Shown here in pieces: positions 10,487-20,820 of a stretch of DNA of 64,000 bases. The stretch comes from a virus. Taxonomy: Duplodnaviria; Caudoviricetes. The notes beneath the pieces are model-generated. The model ran no database searches and had not been told where the DNA came from. It saw only the letters and a program-made list of their open reading frames with translations. The stretch spans positions 1 through 64,000 of the IMG/VR virus record IMGVR_UViG_3300032335_001059, one strand, 5' to 3'. Both the position numbers and the translations under genes were made by a program. Positions within the stretch are counted from its first letter, which is position 1. Each line of letters starts with the position of its first letter.

Positions 10487-11569
10487 TTATTTTATATCAA
10501 ATAATATATCGTCAGAAATACCACCTTTAGGAACATTACCATTTTTCAATTTAGTTTGTCCCGAAGCCAATCTTTCTCTTAAAGTTTGAGCAGATTGAGT
10601 TTTAACAGCAGCAGTAATGTATTTATTTAAATTAAATTTATTTTTTACTGCGATTGCTAAAGCTATTCTGTCTTCAACACTCATATTATTTAAATCTTCT
10701 TGTAGTTGCGGAATTCCAGCTTTAGTTGGTTTTGACATATATTCCAACATAACTTTTTGTTCTGCAACTGGAATATTAAAATTATGAACTCTACCGCTTT
10801 TAATAGTAGAATCTATAGTATTCCAATATTCTTGTATTCTTTGTCTTTTAATTGTATCTTCAGCTTTTGTCTTTTCAATTAAAGCAGCTCTTTCTTTTTC
10901 TTGAGAAGCAGCTAATTTAGTTGAAGCAACTTTTGATGATTTTTCTAAAGTACCAGCTATTTCTAAATCTTCAATAGCATCTTTAATTTCTTCATCATTG
11001 TAATCCATCTTTTTATAAAAAGTACGCATTACAGCTTTTTGTGCATCTTCATTAGTTAAATCAATTGATTTATAATCAATTTCTGGTTTAACTGAACTAA
11101 AGAACTTTTGTATATCTTCTTCCTTTGCATCAGGACCTAACATTTGAAGATAATCAAAAAAGTTAGAACCTACTTCAGGTAAACTTTCTAACCATCCGTT
11201 CAACTTTTTGTCTGCTAATTTATCAGCAGCACTTTGAACAAATGCAGAAAGACCTTCTTCAGTTTCTTCAAATTCTTCTTCTATCTCTAGCTCTAAACTT
11301 TGAGCTAATGTAGAAAACAAATTAGAAGTAACTTCTGGTTCTTCTTCTTCCTCATTTAATTCTGGTTCTGGTTCTGGTTCTGGTTCTGGCTCTACAATTT
11401 TCTCAACTTTTTTAGGTCTACCTCTTTTAGGTTCTGGTTGAGGTTCTGGAGCTGGTTCTGGTTCAGGGTCTAATTCCGTTTTTGGAACAACCCCTGTCGG
11501 GTTTATGTCTACCTTAGATATGTCAAAATCTAATTCGTCTAACCCTTCGTTTTCAATCATGTCTGTCAT
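10487..11569 (-). CDS. Scaffolding-like acidic protein
   Basis: 360 aa, very acidic N-terminus with PE repeats, helical C-terminus, between portal and MCP. Confidence 0.7.
   Translation of the reverse strand: MTDMIENEGLDELDFDISKVDINPTGVVPKTELDPEPEPAPEPQPEPKRGRPKKVEKIVEPEPEPEPEPELNEEEEEPEVTSNLFSTLAQSLELEIEEEFEETEEGLSAFVQSAADKLADKKLNGWLESLPEVGSNFFDYLQMLGPDAKEEDIQKFFSSVKPEIDYKSIDLTNEDAQKAVMRTFYKKMDYNDEEIKDAIEDLEIAGTLEKSSKVASTKLAASQEKERAALIEKTKAEDTIKRQRIQEYWNTIDSTIKSGRVHNFNIPVAEQKVMLEYMSKPTKAGIPQLQEDLNNMSVEDRIALAIAVKNKFNLNKYITAAVKTQSAQTLRERLASGQTKLKNGNVPKGGISDDILFDIK
11361..11390. repeat. Hexamer tandem repeat (tctggt)x5 encoding (PE)n
   Basis: Read directly in sequence, last copy tctggc; further PEP repeats to about 11465. 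Confidence 0.9.
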
Positions 11570-11578
11570 TTTCTAATA

Positions 11579-11586
11579 CAAAGTTA
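11579..11586 (-). promoter_or_regulatory. Bacteroidota -7 element TAACTTTG
   Basis: TAnnTTTG 9 nt upstream of scaffold ATG. Confidence 0.55.
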
Positions 11587-11638
11587 ATTTGTTATTTTAT
11601 TGTTTTATTAAGTTTTAATTTCTCTTATATATATAACA

Positions 11639-13972
11639 CTACTTACTTCTAGGTTTACTCTTTGCAATTCTTTCTTTACTTTTCATTTCTTCTCTCTTTA
11701 ATTGCATTTCTTTTTCTTTCATCTGTTTCTCATGCTGTTGTCTAGACAAATCGTTCATAATATTAGAATCAATTGCTTTATTTTTTAAAGTTAATTCTCT
11801 TTCTTTTAAACCAGCTTCAATCATAGATTCTTGAATAGCAACATTATCATCACCTTCATCCATACCTAAAGCAGTAAGTTCAGTTTTACGTAAATCCCAT
11901 TCTCCTTTTCTATCAATAGCTTCTAAGTTATATTGATGTTGTAATTCAATAACTTCTCTTTGTTTATCTGCTAAAGCCATTTCACCTTCTTGTTCTTGTT
12001 GAGCTACTAATTGATTGTATTCTTGTAACTTACGTTCAGCAACTTTAAGTTTAACTTTAGCTTGAGATATAGTTTCTGAATCTAATACTTCAGCAATAGT
12101 AGAAGCAGCAATACCATTTTGCATCATTGGTTGAGCAAGTTGTTTAATTGTATTAACTCTTTCTTGTTCTTTACTTGAACTAGATATAGCAATACCGTAT
12201 TCAGTTTCACAATGCTCAAATCCATTAATATCCATATAAACTATGTTAGTAGAATCAGGCATTGCATAACTTCCTTTTTTACCATTAAGCCAAGCTATTT
12301 TAGAATAATCAATTAAACCTTCTAAATCTCTTTGTTTAAATTGTTCAAAAAGAGTAAAGTAAGTTTCAGTAATTAAAGAACTTTGCAATACTGCTCTTTC
12401 TACACCACCTACAGTTTCAGAAGATTGAACTTGACCTTCTCTTTGTCTTGTTATACCACAAACTTCCTCCCATTCATTTTTAATAAATGCTAATAAATCT
12501 GTGTACATTTTAATAGTTTGAGAAGCTAACTGAAGTCTTGTCTGATGTGTAGCATTCATTTTAACATTGTCTTTGCTATAATCGACAAACAACATACTTA
12601 CTCTATCAGCATATTCTAACCATTTATCCATTGACCAACCTAACGGTTTCCAATTAATATCAATCAAAGCCATATCATCTTTCATTTTAGCCATTGCTAA
12701 TTTAAGACGATGAAAAGTAGCATTATATAAAGTTTGATAAGGTATTCCTAAAGAAACTAAAGATATATTTGTAGAGTTTACATTAGACATAATTCTACCA
12801 TTATAAGGTAGTTTACATTTAGATAAATTATCTAAATTACCTCTTTGATTAGGTAAAGGTCTAATTTTAACAAACATTGTTAAACCTATTCTGTAACCTT
12901 CCCATACTTCACTTACCCAATGCCATGTAAGTTTTTGGTCAGGAGTTGCTTTGTATAATTCATCTACTTCTAAAGATTGAGGTTGACCCATTTCATCTAT
13001 AAAGTCAACAATACCAATTTTTTTACGAGATTTCCAACATATGTGCATTACTTCAATTAATCTAGACCATCTCTTATTATTTAAACTTCTATCAAAAAAT
13101 ATAGAAGAGTTAGAAGTAAGTGCTGGTCCTGATACAGCTAAAGTATCAATCATTTTAATTTGTTTTTCATCAAGTATATCATAAAATGTATCTATAATAG
13201 ATGAAGGATGCATATATTTACGTCTTACTACCCAATCTCCATCTTCAACAAATTGTATATCAGGGTCTTTATCAAAATCTATATCAAGTGGGTTAACTGT
13301 TTCGTAAACAACTTCATTATGAACTACATCTTTGTGAGAGTAAATTTCTCCACTTACTAACCAATGAAAAAAATTTAAATCTAATTTTTCATCTAAATGT
13401 TGTTGAACTTTAATATAGTTAATTGCGTTTTGACCAATAATAGCTCTTTTATCTAAATAAGTAGATTCAAAATTTTCTTTAACTCTTTCAGGTAATTCTA
13501 CCTCTTCCGTTTCAACTCCTGTAGCGACGCCTAATTCGTTAAGTTTATTTACAAATAAAGATTCTAAAGTTTTATTAATTTCTTCATTTAAAGATTCAGT
13601 CATGTTAGTAACAACATCGTCATTAACTACATAAACCATATCTTTTTTAGGACGTTTATTATATTCAGAACGTAGTAAATCAACTTTAGTTTTAATAATA
13701 GGATAACTTTCTACATCACCCCAAGTACCTTCAATAGGTTTACCAAAAGGTTCTGTAATTAGTTTATAATCATCTGTATGAATATTGCCATTATAATAAT
13801 CGTATAGTTTCTTTATCCAAATCTTTTGACTATTAGTCGTAAAAGTAGACCTGCCTATTATAGCATTCATTGTTACTTTACCCCAAGCAAAATCATCTTT
13901 TATTTTGTCAGCATAAGATATATTTTGATTTGGTATATCAAACAACATTCCTACTTGATTAGTATTTTCCAT
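11639..13972 (-). CDS. Portal protein (crAss-like)
   Basis: 777 aa after TerL; YPIIKTKVDLLRSEYNKRP, WVSEVWEG, GITRQREGQ motifs. Confidence 0.85.
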   Translation of the reverse strand: MENTNQVGMLFDIPNQNISYADKIKDDFAWGKVTMNAIIGRSTFTTNSQKIWIKKLYDYYNGNIHTDDYKLITEPFGKPIEGTWGDVESYPIIKTKVDLLRSEYNKRPKKDMVYVVNDDVVTNMTESLNEEINKTLESLFVNKLNELGVATGVETEEVELPERVKENFESTYLDKRAIIGQNAINYIKVQQHLDEKLDLNFFHWLVSGEIYSHKDVVHNEVVYETVNPLDIDFDKDPDIQFVEDGDWVVRRKYMHPSSIIDTFYDILDEKQIKMIDTLAVSGPALTSNSSIFFDRSLNNKRWSRLIEVMHICWKSRKKIGIVDFIDEMGQPQSLEVDELYKATPDQKLTWHWVSEVWEGYRIGLTMFVKIRPLPNQRGNLDNLSKCKLPYNGRIMSNVNSTNISLVSLGIPYQTLYNATFHRLKLAMAKMKDDMALIDINWKPLGWSMDKWLEYADRVSMLFVDYSKDNVKMNATHQTRLQLASQTIKMYTDLLAFIKNEWEEVCGITRQREGQVQSSETVGGVERAVLQSSLITETYFTLFEQFKQRDLEGLIDYSKIAWLNGKKGSYAMPDSTNIVYMDINGFEHCETEYGIAISSSSKEQERVNTIKQLAQPMMQNGIAASTIAEVLDSETISQAKVKLKVAERKLQEYNQLVAQQEQEGEMALADKQREVIELQHQYNLEAIDRKGEWDLRKTELTALGMDEGDDNVAIQESMIEAGLKERELTLKNKAIDSNIMNDLSRQQHEKQMKEKEMQLKREEMKSKERIAKSKPRSK

Positions 13973-13989
13973 TATTTAAATTTAATTTA

Positions 13990-13997
13990 CAAAGTTA
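13990..13997 (-). promoter_or_regulatory. Bacteroidota -7 element TAACTTTG
   Basis: TAnnTTTG 17 nt upstream of portal ATG, overlapping the TerL stop. Confidence 0.5.
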
Positions 13998-16034
13998 GAG
14001 ATTCAATTCATTTTTACCAAATTCTGTGTCAAACCTTCTAAAAAATTCATCTTCATAGATTGAAGTTTTTCTTTCGCTTACTGGAGGTTTAAGTAACAAT
14101 TCTTTTTTATAAAGCATTGCTACAAGCATTGCAGAAACTCTATCAAAGTTACCTTGATAGTCAAATTTAATAATTTCCTCAAGTAAAGGAATACTATAAA
14201 TTTTATGAAGATTTAATTCTTGAACTCCATTTAAATCTTTATCTCTAGGTGCTAATAGCCAATCTTTTAAATAACTTACTGCTGTTTTTTTAACCTCTAA
14301 ATTACTCATACTCACACCATAACGTCTTCCTAATTGCTTACGTGGAGCGTCACTACTGTCATAAACTGTAAGTTCAACTTCTAATCTATGTAATTTTTTA
14401 TTAATTCTAGCATAAGATTCTATATCACCATCTCTATCATTTTCATATACAATTTTACAATTGTAATGTTCAGCCATATCAAATAAAGTTTTATTAAAAT
14501 CATCATGCCTTTCTGGTCTAGCTACATATTCACATACAATTAAATCAAAAGGTTTAGAAAAATTATTTATTCTTTTAAAAACATAAGCTGAACCTAAAGA
14601 GTCTCTTTTAGTTATCTTTTTATCTTTTCCTTTATCAATAGCATAAGGGTCAACAGCTATATAATACAAATCATCAGGAACACCACCATTCATTTTAAAA
14701 GGAGGTTGATACATAATAACACAACCTTCTCCATCTACATCAGGTTTGTAAGGAAAATTAAGTATAGGTTTCAAATCATCTTTTGGTTCAAACTTAACTT
14801 TACCATCTGTATCAGTATAAAATATACCTGTAGTACCTAAATATTGTAATTCTTTACGGCTACGTATTTCGTTAATCTGTTGATTTAGTTCAGCTTTAGG
14901 AAAAATGTTAGTTCCCATTTTAATAAAAGCTTCTTGAGGAGTTCTAGGAAATTCTGCAAGATATGCGTCAAGAGCATTTCTATCTTTTGAACTTCTTTTA
15001 AGTCTTTCAACTTCTTGTTCAATAGATGCTTTAGCTGATTCTATTTCAGATACACCATTAGTTATAAAACCACCTTTAGAATAATAATCTGGAAGAAAAT
15101 AACCTATTGTTGTATTACTTTTTCCTTCATCATATATATTTTGATATGCTCTAAATCCATGTGTTTCAGGGTCATAAAACATTTTTTCAAAATCTACTTG
15201 ACCTCCAGCAAAATCACCACCTGTTCCAAAAACAAACATTTGTCCTGATACGTTAGTACCTTCTTGAACAAGAGCTTTAGTTGCATTATATGTAGCTAAG
15301 AGATTACCAAATGTTCCTGCTTCTTCAAAAAGTACAATATTAGCATCCTTTCCCCTAAGAATACCTGCATTAGTTTTTGTTGTAAATGCAAGTATCTTAC
15401 TTCTAAAACCTAACTTAATTCCGTTTTCTTCAAAACCACTTTCTATTTCTTCTTTAGGTTTGTTAACTAATCTATTTTTTCCAAAATCAGTATATTGTTG
15501 TAAAAAATTTAAATAGTTTACAGCCATACCCATTGTTTCTTCAGAATATGTAGACAGTTCTGCTACAATTAATGAAGTAGATGCACGAGTAAAACTATAC
15601 ATATATGCGCATTTAGCTGCATTTTTATACGAATATCCTCTTCTTCTAGGTTTAAGAATAATCATATGTTCACCTTCTTCTCTAGCTATTTCACATTCAG
15701 TAAAGTAAAACCAATCACTATCCCAAAATGCAGGAAAAGTAACTTGTTTTTCTACTTTCTTTTTACTAATTTTTTCTACATTATTACTAGCAGCAGTTAA
15801 TTTAATCTGACAAAAGTTAAGATAGAAATAATGTTCTCCTGTAATTCTAACTCCACCTACAGAATAACCGTTCATGCAATAATGTTCTTGTAAATCCCAA
15901 TACTCTTTCCAAGCTAAACTATTTTTAGGTTCATCTATATAACATGGATTTCCTCTTAAACTATTTAATCTAAATCTAGTAGCTTCAGGAGAAAATTCTT
16001 GAGTATTAATATGACTAAAATCTATATCAAACAT
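13995..16034 (-). CDS. terL: Terminase large subunit
   Basis: KPRRRGYSY Walker A region, LFEEAG Walker B, GTGG coupling motif, AVDPY and FDRVSA nuclease acidic residues. Confidence 0.9.
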   Translation of the reverse strand: MFDIDFSHINTQEFSPEATRFRLNSLRGNPCYIDEPKNSLAWKEYWDLQEHYCMNGYSVGGVRITGEHYFYLNFCQIKLTAASNNVEKISKKKVEKQVTFPAFWDSDWFYFTECEIAREEGEHMIILKPRRRGYSYKNAAKCAYMYSFTRASTSLIVAELSTYSEETMGMAVNYLNFLQQYTDFGKNRLVNKPKEEIESGFEENGIKLGFRSKILAFTTKTNAGILRGKDANIVLFEEAGTFGNLLATYNATKALVQEGTNVSGQMFVFGTGGDFAGGQVDFEKMFYDPETHGFRAYQNIYDEGKSNTTIGYFLPDYYSKGGFITNGVSEIESAKASIEQEVERLKRSSKDRNALDAYLAEFPRTPQEAFIKMGTNIFPKAELNQQINEIRSRKELQYLGTTGIFYTDTDGKVKFEPKDDLKPILNFPYKPDVDGEGCVIMYQPPFKMNGGVPDDLYYIAVDPYAIDKGKDKKITKRDSLGSAYVFKRINNFSKPFDLIVCEYVARPERHDDFNKTLFDMAEHYNCKIVYENDRDGDIESYARINKKLHRLEVELTVYDSSDAPRKQLGRRYGVSMSNLEVKKTAVSYLKDWLLAPRDKDLNGVQELNLHKIYSIPLLEEIIKFDYQGNFDRVSAMLVAMLYKKELLLKPPVSERKTSIYEDEFFRRFDTEFGKNELNL

Positions 16035-16666
16035 TACCTTTCCCTTTCACTAATTTGCAAGTTTCCTCTAACTTTAGCTGCTTGAGTTTTGTTTTCTTCT
16101 TGTAGTTTCTTTTGTAATTTCTCTAATACTTCTATATGATTAGGTATTTCTTTACTGACTTTCAAGAGAGCAGTCAAATCGTTCAACATTAACTCTGTTC
16201 CTGATACGATTTGACCTCTCTTATTATTTATACCACTTTTGTGTTTACCGTCTTTTAAATCTTGTTTTAATTGTTTAGTTATTTCAATTATAATTTCTTC
16301 AGATTCATGAAGAGAATTTAACATACTATCTACAGTTCTAAGTGAGGGAGTTTTAATTAATTCTCTATACTTTAATATAGCTAATTCAACTGCTTTATCT
16401 GGTTGCCAATCTTCATCTACTTCATTAAAAATATCACTTTTTAATTTATTTTTTCTTTCAGATTCAGCATAATTATAATACCTAGAATTAGGGTCAGCCA
16501 TATGATAAACATAAGCTATTTCTTTTTTAGCTATAAGTTTTTTTCTACCATCATTATCACTTCTTCCAACTTTAATTCTTTTAATTAATGTCTTAAACTC
16601 TTCTATTTCAAACAGTTCGCTTTGAATCTCTAGATTTAATTCTTCTGTTAATTTCAATACTTTCAT
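16034..16666 (-). CDS. Helical protein upstream of TerL (possible small terminase by position only)
   Basis: 210 aa, stop overlaps TerL start. Confidence 0.45.
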   Translation of the reverse strand: MKVLKLTEELNLEIQSELFEIEEFKTLIKRIKVGRSDNDGRKKLIAKKEIAYVYHMADPNSRYYNYAESERKNKLKSDIFNEVDEDWQPDKAVELAILKYRELIKTPSLRTVDSMLNSLHESEEIIIEITKQLKQDLKDGKHKSGINNKRGQIVSGTELMLNDLTALLKVSKEIPNHIEVLEKLQKKLQEENKTQAAKVRGNLQISERER

Positions 16667-16961
16667 CTTTTTTCATTGTTTGAGCAAGTAAACCAGAAAA
16701 CTGGTCTACAAACTTTTCGTCTAACCATAAATCACTATTCATATAATAAAGAATACAATGTATTAGCTCATGATAAAACACATGTTCTATTGTTTCTTTT
16801 TTATAACTAACCCAATTCTTCTTAGATTTATATTTATCAGCTAAAACTATTTTATTTTCTTGATAAAGATATTGCCCAAAACAATCGTTTTTGTGGCAAT
16901 ATTCATTATCAATAACAACAGTAATAGTATGATTTAATATTTGGAATTCTTTAGGTATCAT
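16608..16961 (-). CDS. Small zincin-like (HExxH) protein
   Basis: FYHELIHCIL motif. Confidence 0.6.
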   Translation of the reverse strand: MIPKEFQILNHTITVVIDNEYCHKNDCFGQYLYQENKIVLADKYKSKKNWVSYKKETIEHVFYHELIHCILYYMNSDLWLDEKFVDQFSGLLAQTMKKDESIEINRRIKSRDSKRTV

Positions 16962-17238
16962 GAAGTTTACTTAGAACTTGTTCGATAGGTTCTTGTACAA
17001 ATATACAACGACCATCGTACAAATTCAATATAGTATGTTCTCCATTTTTAGCAACACACTCTATTTCAGCTTCTAACCATTTAGAATTGTAATATCTTTT
17101 TTCAGAAAACAATTCGTCTTCATCTTCTGCTGGTGGAGCAATACCTAAACTACTATAATCAATATGATTATCGTTTAGTAATTTCACTAATACTTCAAAT
17201 TCTATAATTTTCATTTTATTGCTTCTTTTAAATTCCAA
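16951..17238 (-). CDS. Hypothetical protein
   Basis: 95-aa ORF in operon. Confidence 0.55.
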   Translation of the reverse strand: MEFKRSNKMKIIEFEVLVKLLNDNHIDYSSLGIAPPAEDEDELFSEKRYYNSKWLEAEIECVAKNGEHTILNLYDGRCIFVQEPIEQVLSKLHDT

Positions 17239-18230
17239 TAAGGTGTGAACTCGTGAACTTTAGGGTCTAATTTAATAACTGGAAATGCTGATGAAGTGTG
17301 AAGAGAAAAGAATCTTTTAGCATAACCACTATTTGTTTGAGCAGTTCCACTATTTACAACACATCTTACTTTATCACCATCAACATATTTAATAACTCCA
17401 GGATTATGAGAATCTCCAGCCATTGCTATCTCTCTATCTTGAGCCATTCTTCTCATATATCTCATTCCACCATGACAAGGATTTTCTAAAGAATAACCTC
17501 TAAAAAAATGAGATACAGCTATTTTATAAATTTCATTTCCTATTTGTAAATCTAAATGACCAATACCATTAAAATAAATATGATGTCTTTCAAATATTTC
17601 AGCATATTTAGAATAACCAGTTACATTTTCTTCTCTCATTACAGCATGATTGTCCCAAGTAGAACAAATAACTTTATGAGATATTTCTTGTAACCAACTG
17701 TCTAACAATAACATTTGATATTTAGGAGGAAGAGCGTTATCTGCTACTTCTAATACTCCTCTTAATTTAATAGACATTTGTAATAAATCTCCTAAAAGAA
17801 TTACATACAAATTAGGTGTATTAAGAATTTCATCAGTTACTTTTTTAAGTACTTCGTAATCAGTACCCCAACTACCAAAATGACTATCGCCTAAAGCCAT
17901 TATATAAATAGGTTCATCTGTAACTATTTTAACTGTAGCTTTATCTTGACTACTTTTAGCTTGACTAAATAAAGATTGTCCTTTTTGAACGTGCTCTACA
18001 GCATCTCTCCAATTAAAAGTTCCTACCTTTTTATCAGTAACTATTTCAGGCATTTCTATTTTTTCAGGAGTAGGATTCTTACTATTAATAATAATAGAAG
18101 CATATCTTCTAGCTGTTCTGTGAGAAAAAGGAAATACTTTAACTAGTTCATCTGCTATTTCAGTATAACTAGCGTTAACGTTACGATTGTGTAATTCTAA
18201 CACACTATTGATTATCTCTTTATTTATCAT
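17211..18230 (-). CDS. Calcineurin-like metallophosphoesterase
   Basis: GDSHFG, GDLL, WDNH, SHF, GDSH metal-binding motifs in the expected order. Confidence 0.8.
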   Translation of the reverse strand: MINKEIINSVLELHNRNVNASYTEIADELVKVFPFSHRTARRYASIIINSKNPTPEKIEMPEIVTDKKVGTFNWRDAVEHVQKGQSLFSQAKSSQDKATVKIVTDEPIYIMALGDSHFGSWGTDYEVLKKVTDEILNTPNLYVILLGDLLQMSIKLRGVLEVADNALPPKYQMLLLDSWLQEISHKVICSTWDNHAVMREENVTGYSKYAEIFERHHIYFNGIGHLDLQIGNEIYKIAVSHFFRGYSLENPCHGGMRYMRRMAQDREIAMAGDSHNPGVIKYVDGDKVRCVVNSGTAQTNSGYAKRFFSLHTSSAFPVIKLDPKVHEFTPYWNLKEAIK

Positions 18231-18445
18231 AATGTTGTTTTTAAAGAGGTTTCATTAGGTCTAGTTAAAATGTCTAATTGTTGTAAATATCTCATTAAGA
18301 TATTTTCCGCACTTAACTGAATACTTTTAGTAGCAGCAGATTGAGGTAGTACAGCACATGTCTGTAATGTATCTACGCAAATTTTAATTAATTCCAATTC
18401 TTTGTCAATCTTCGGAAGCGGTTTCAACCATGTTCTTTCTTGCAT
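18227..18445 (-). CDS. Hypothetical protein
   Basis: 72-aa ORF in operon. Confidence 0.5.
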   Translation of the reverse strand: MQERTWLKPLPKIDKELELIKICVDTLQTCAVLPQSAATKSIQLSAENILMRYLQQLDILTRPNETSLKTTL

Positions 18446-18677
18446 CTTGTTCTTGTTTAATTTTTGTTAATCTAATAGCCTTATATTTTTTATATTCAAA
18501 AGTGCCTAGTCCTTTAAACTTTACACTTCTTCTTTCGTTAGGGTCTTTAAATGAATCTTCTGATATTACTTTAGCTGCATGTTTAAATTGAGAATAAAAT
18601 ATATCAATCACTTGACTCTGAGTTAGTTTATACTTTAAAGCTAACTCTTTAATCTTAGGTTTTAAAAATTCATTCAT
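18405..18677 (-). CDS. HU/IHF-like DNA-binding protein
   Basis: 90 aa, basic, SVKFKGLGTFEYK matches the HU signature. Confidence 0.75.
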   Translation of the reverse strand: MNEFLKPKIKELALKYKLTQSQVIDIFYSQFKHAAKVISEDSFKDPNERRSVKFKGLGTFEYKKYKAIRLTKIKQEQDARKNMVETASED

Positions 18678-19273
18678 TATCCTTCTATAGTATAAGCAAT
18701 TCGTACACCTCCTAAAGCTCCTGCTGTTGATTTCTCAACATAAAAAGTTATACTTCCTGCTGTTATACCTAAAGATTTAATTACAATATTTTCAGATACA
18801 CTACTTCCAGGTGCTTGATTTCTAAATAAAGTTGCTGAAACTTTATGAGAAGTTGATGAAGTTATCAAATCACTATATATAGTAAAGTTGTTTACTGCTG
18901 CACCCGTTAAACTAACGTTTATATATCCAGTTCTTTGATAAGCTATATTATCGTTAGCAGCATTAAGATTTTCAACATAAACTAAACCTAAAGATTTAAA
19001 TTTATTAAATCCAGCTAAGTTGTCTGGAGAATTACCAGCAGAAGTTGTAGTTACAACTAAAAACATTCCTTTAGTTTTAAGACCGTTATATATAACTATT
19101 TGTCCTAGAGTGTAGATAGTACTAGAGTTCCATTGTAATATTCCTATTAATACAGGAATGTCTCCACCTAAAGCATAAAAGTTTTCTGTTGGTGAAGAAG
19201 CGTTAATTGTAGGAAATTGGTCATCAACAGCTAACTGTTTATAATCCATTTCTGATATTTTTTTATCTGCCAT
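18677..19273 (-). CDS. Putative virion decoration protein with CBM5/12-like motif
   Basis: MADKKISE N-terminus; WNSSTIYTLGQIVIYNG. Confidence 0.5.
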   Translation of the reverse strand: MADKKISEMDYKQLAVDDQFPTINASSPTENFYALGGDIPVLIGILQWNSSTIYTLGQIVIYNGLKTKGMFLVVTTTSAGNSPDNLAGFNKFKSLGLVYVENLNAANDNIAYQRTGYINVSLTGAAVNNFTIYSDLITSSTSHKVSATLFRNQAPGSSVSENIVIKSLGITAGSITFYVEKSTAGALGGVRIAYTIEG

Positions 19274-19274
19274 T

Positions 19275-19907
19275 TTATTCTGTTATTAAAAATCCGTTAT
19301 CTTCTTGTATAATAATTCTACCCCCATCTTCCTGTATTATAAAAGTTGATATTACAGGAACAAAAGAAGTAATAGTTATATTTACAACAATACTTAATAT
19401 AACTCCAGTTATAACTCCTTGAATTAAAACTGTATTGCTATAATTTCCTACTGTAGTAGGAGTACCTGTTACATTAATATTACTACCAACTTTAGAAAAA
19501 GTTAATCCGCCAACACTAATGTTAGTTATAAAATTAAAATCTTCATTAAAAGTGTTAGTAACCAAACTATTAACTACACCTCCTACTAAAAAATTATTAC
19601 TATAACTATTATTATTTATAACTAATCCTTGAGTAGGAGGAGTAGGAGTTACATTAGTAACTAATTTACATTTCCATTTAGTTAAATATCTCTTAATCTT
19701 TAAGTTATAATCATTAATGGTATATATTCTACCACAAAAAACTAACTCTTGACATTTATTGTAAATAAACAAAACTAGGTAGAAGTCATTTCTTCTAACT
19801 CTAATTATAAATTGGTCCAATTGATATACATTATAAGGAGCTATGTTCTTAACATACTTCCAACCTTCATAATTTAATGCATAATCAACTGTAAACAAAT
19901 TGTCCAT
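19275..19907 (-). CDS. Putative virion protein with Ig-like domain
   Basis: GGLTFSKVGSNINVTGTPTTVGNY (putative Ig motif); C-terminal IIQEDG repeat. Confidence 0.5.
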   Translation of the reverse strand: MDNLFTVDYALNYEGWKYVKNIAPYNVYQLDQFIIRVRRNDFYLVLFIYNKCQELVFCGRIYTINDYNLKIKRYLTKWKCKLVTNVTPTPPTQGLVINNNSYSNNFLVGGVVNSLVTNTFNEDFNFITNISVGGLTFSKVGSNINVTGTPTTVGNYSNTVLIQGVITGVILSIVVNITITSFVPVISTFIIQEDGGRIIIQEDNGFLITE

Positions 19908-19911
19908 TGTA

Positions 19912-19919
19912 CAAAGATA
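19912..19919 (-). promoter_or_regulatory. Bacteroidota -7 element TATCTTTG (near-leaderless transcript)
   Basis: TAnnTTTG ends 4 nt before ATG 19907. Confidence 0.5.
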
Positions 19920-19921
19920 AT

Positions 19922-20122
19922 TTAATTTTTAGGATTTAGATACTTTTTGCTTGTTCTTCTAGTAACTTTTTGTCTAAACTTATATTCTTCGTATGTTTCA
20001 AAAGACAATCTAGCATTATCTAAGACGTTAAACATTAAGAAGTTAGGTCTAACTTCAATAGCTAGACCTTCTTCTAATGCTTTATCTCTATACTGCTTGT
20101 TCGTCTTCAATTCTGTAATCAT
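19922..20122 (-). CDS. Hypothetical protein (start likely 20122)
   Basis: Basic 66-aa ORF in operon. Confidence 0.45.
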   Translation of the reverse strand: MITELKTNKQYRDKALEEGLAIEVRPNFLMFNVLDNARLSFETYEEYKFRQKVTRRTSKKYLNPKN

Positions 20123-20480
20123 ATTTATACCAGATAAACGATTCAAAAAGAATTACACAAGGATTTCCTTCTAAGAAATCAACTTGAGGAGGCATTCCTC
20201 CAGGAAAATCACTTAATTTAAGTGCTACTACATCTCCTCTAAGATATTCAGAATCAGGATGTGAAAGAATTACTGCACATCTAAACTCTCCTAATACTGT
20301 TGGTAATATAATACCTCCAATAGTTTTTTCTTTTTGAGGAAGTGGTTGAAGTACAATGCGTCCTTCAGTAACTTTTCCATTTAATTTTGCTAGTTTGTCA
20401 ATCTTTGTAATGTCCAGCTCATTTGTTTCGATTAGTGTACCATCTCCTGCTACTCCTAATTTTCCTTTTACTTCTTTCAT
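20088..20480 (-). CDS. GroES-like co-chaperonin
   Basis: GRIVLQPLPQKEKTIGGIILP matches the GroES N-terminal/mobile-loop signature; RGDVV motif. Confidence 0.65.
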   Translation of the reverse strand: MKEVKGKLGVAGDGTLIETNELDITKIDKLAKLNGKVTEGRIVLQPLPQKEKTIGGIILPTVLGEFRCAVILSHPDSEYLRGDVVALKLSDFPGGMPPQVDFLEGNPCVILFESFIWYKYDYRIEDEQAV

Positions 20481-20484
20481 TTTA

Positions 20485-20814
20485 TTATATTTTTACAATT
20501 TTTCTTTCAATTACAATACCTTCTTCATTTACAATTTCTTCAATTTTAACTTCAGGTACAAATGTTAAAGCTTCTGCAATGTTATTTCCTTGTTGAGTAG
20601 TTACTTGAATTACACAACCTATACTTTTAATTTGCATAGCTTTAGTAGATTTCATCCATCTTTCATTTTTAGAAGATGCTTTACTAATTAATTTAAAAGT
20701 GTCACCATTTCCCCAAAACTCAGTATCTTTTACATTTTTTATTGTTTCAGAAGCTGTTGTGTTTTTTAAAGTTTTACTATTAGTAAAAAATTTTTTTAAT
20801 TTTTCTTTTATCAT
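20485..20814 (-). CDS. Conserved phage hypothetical protein
   Basis: 109 aa; WMKSTKAM...AEALTFVP. Confidence 0.6.
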   Translation of the reverse strand: MIKEKLKKFFTNSKTLKNTTASETIKNVKDTEFWGNGDTFKLISKASSKNERWMKSTKAMQIKSIGCVIQVTTQQGNNIAEALTFVPEVKIEEIVNEEGIVIERKIVKI

Positions 20815-20820
20815 TTTGTT

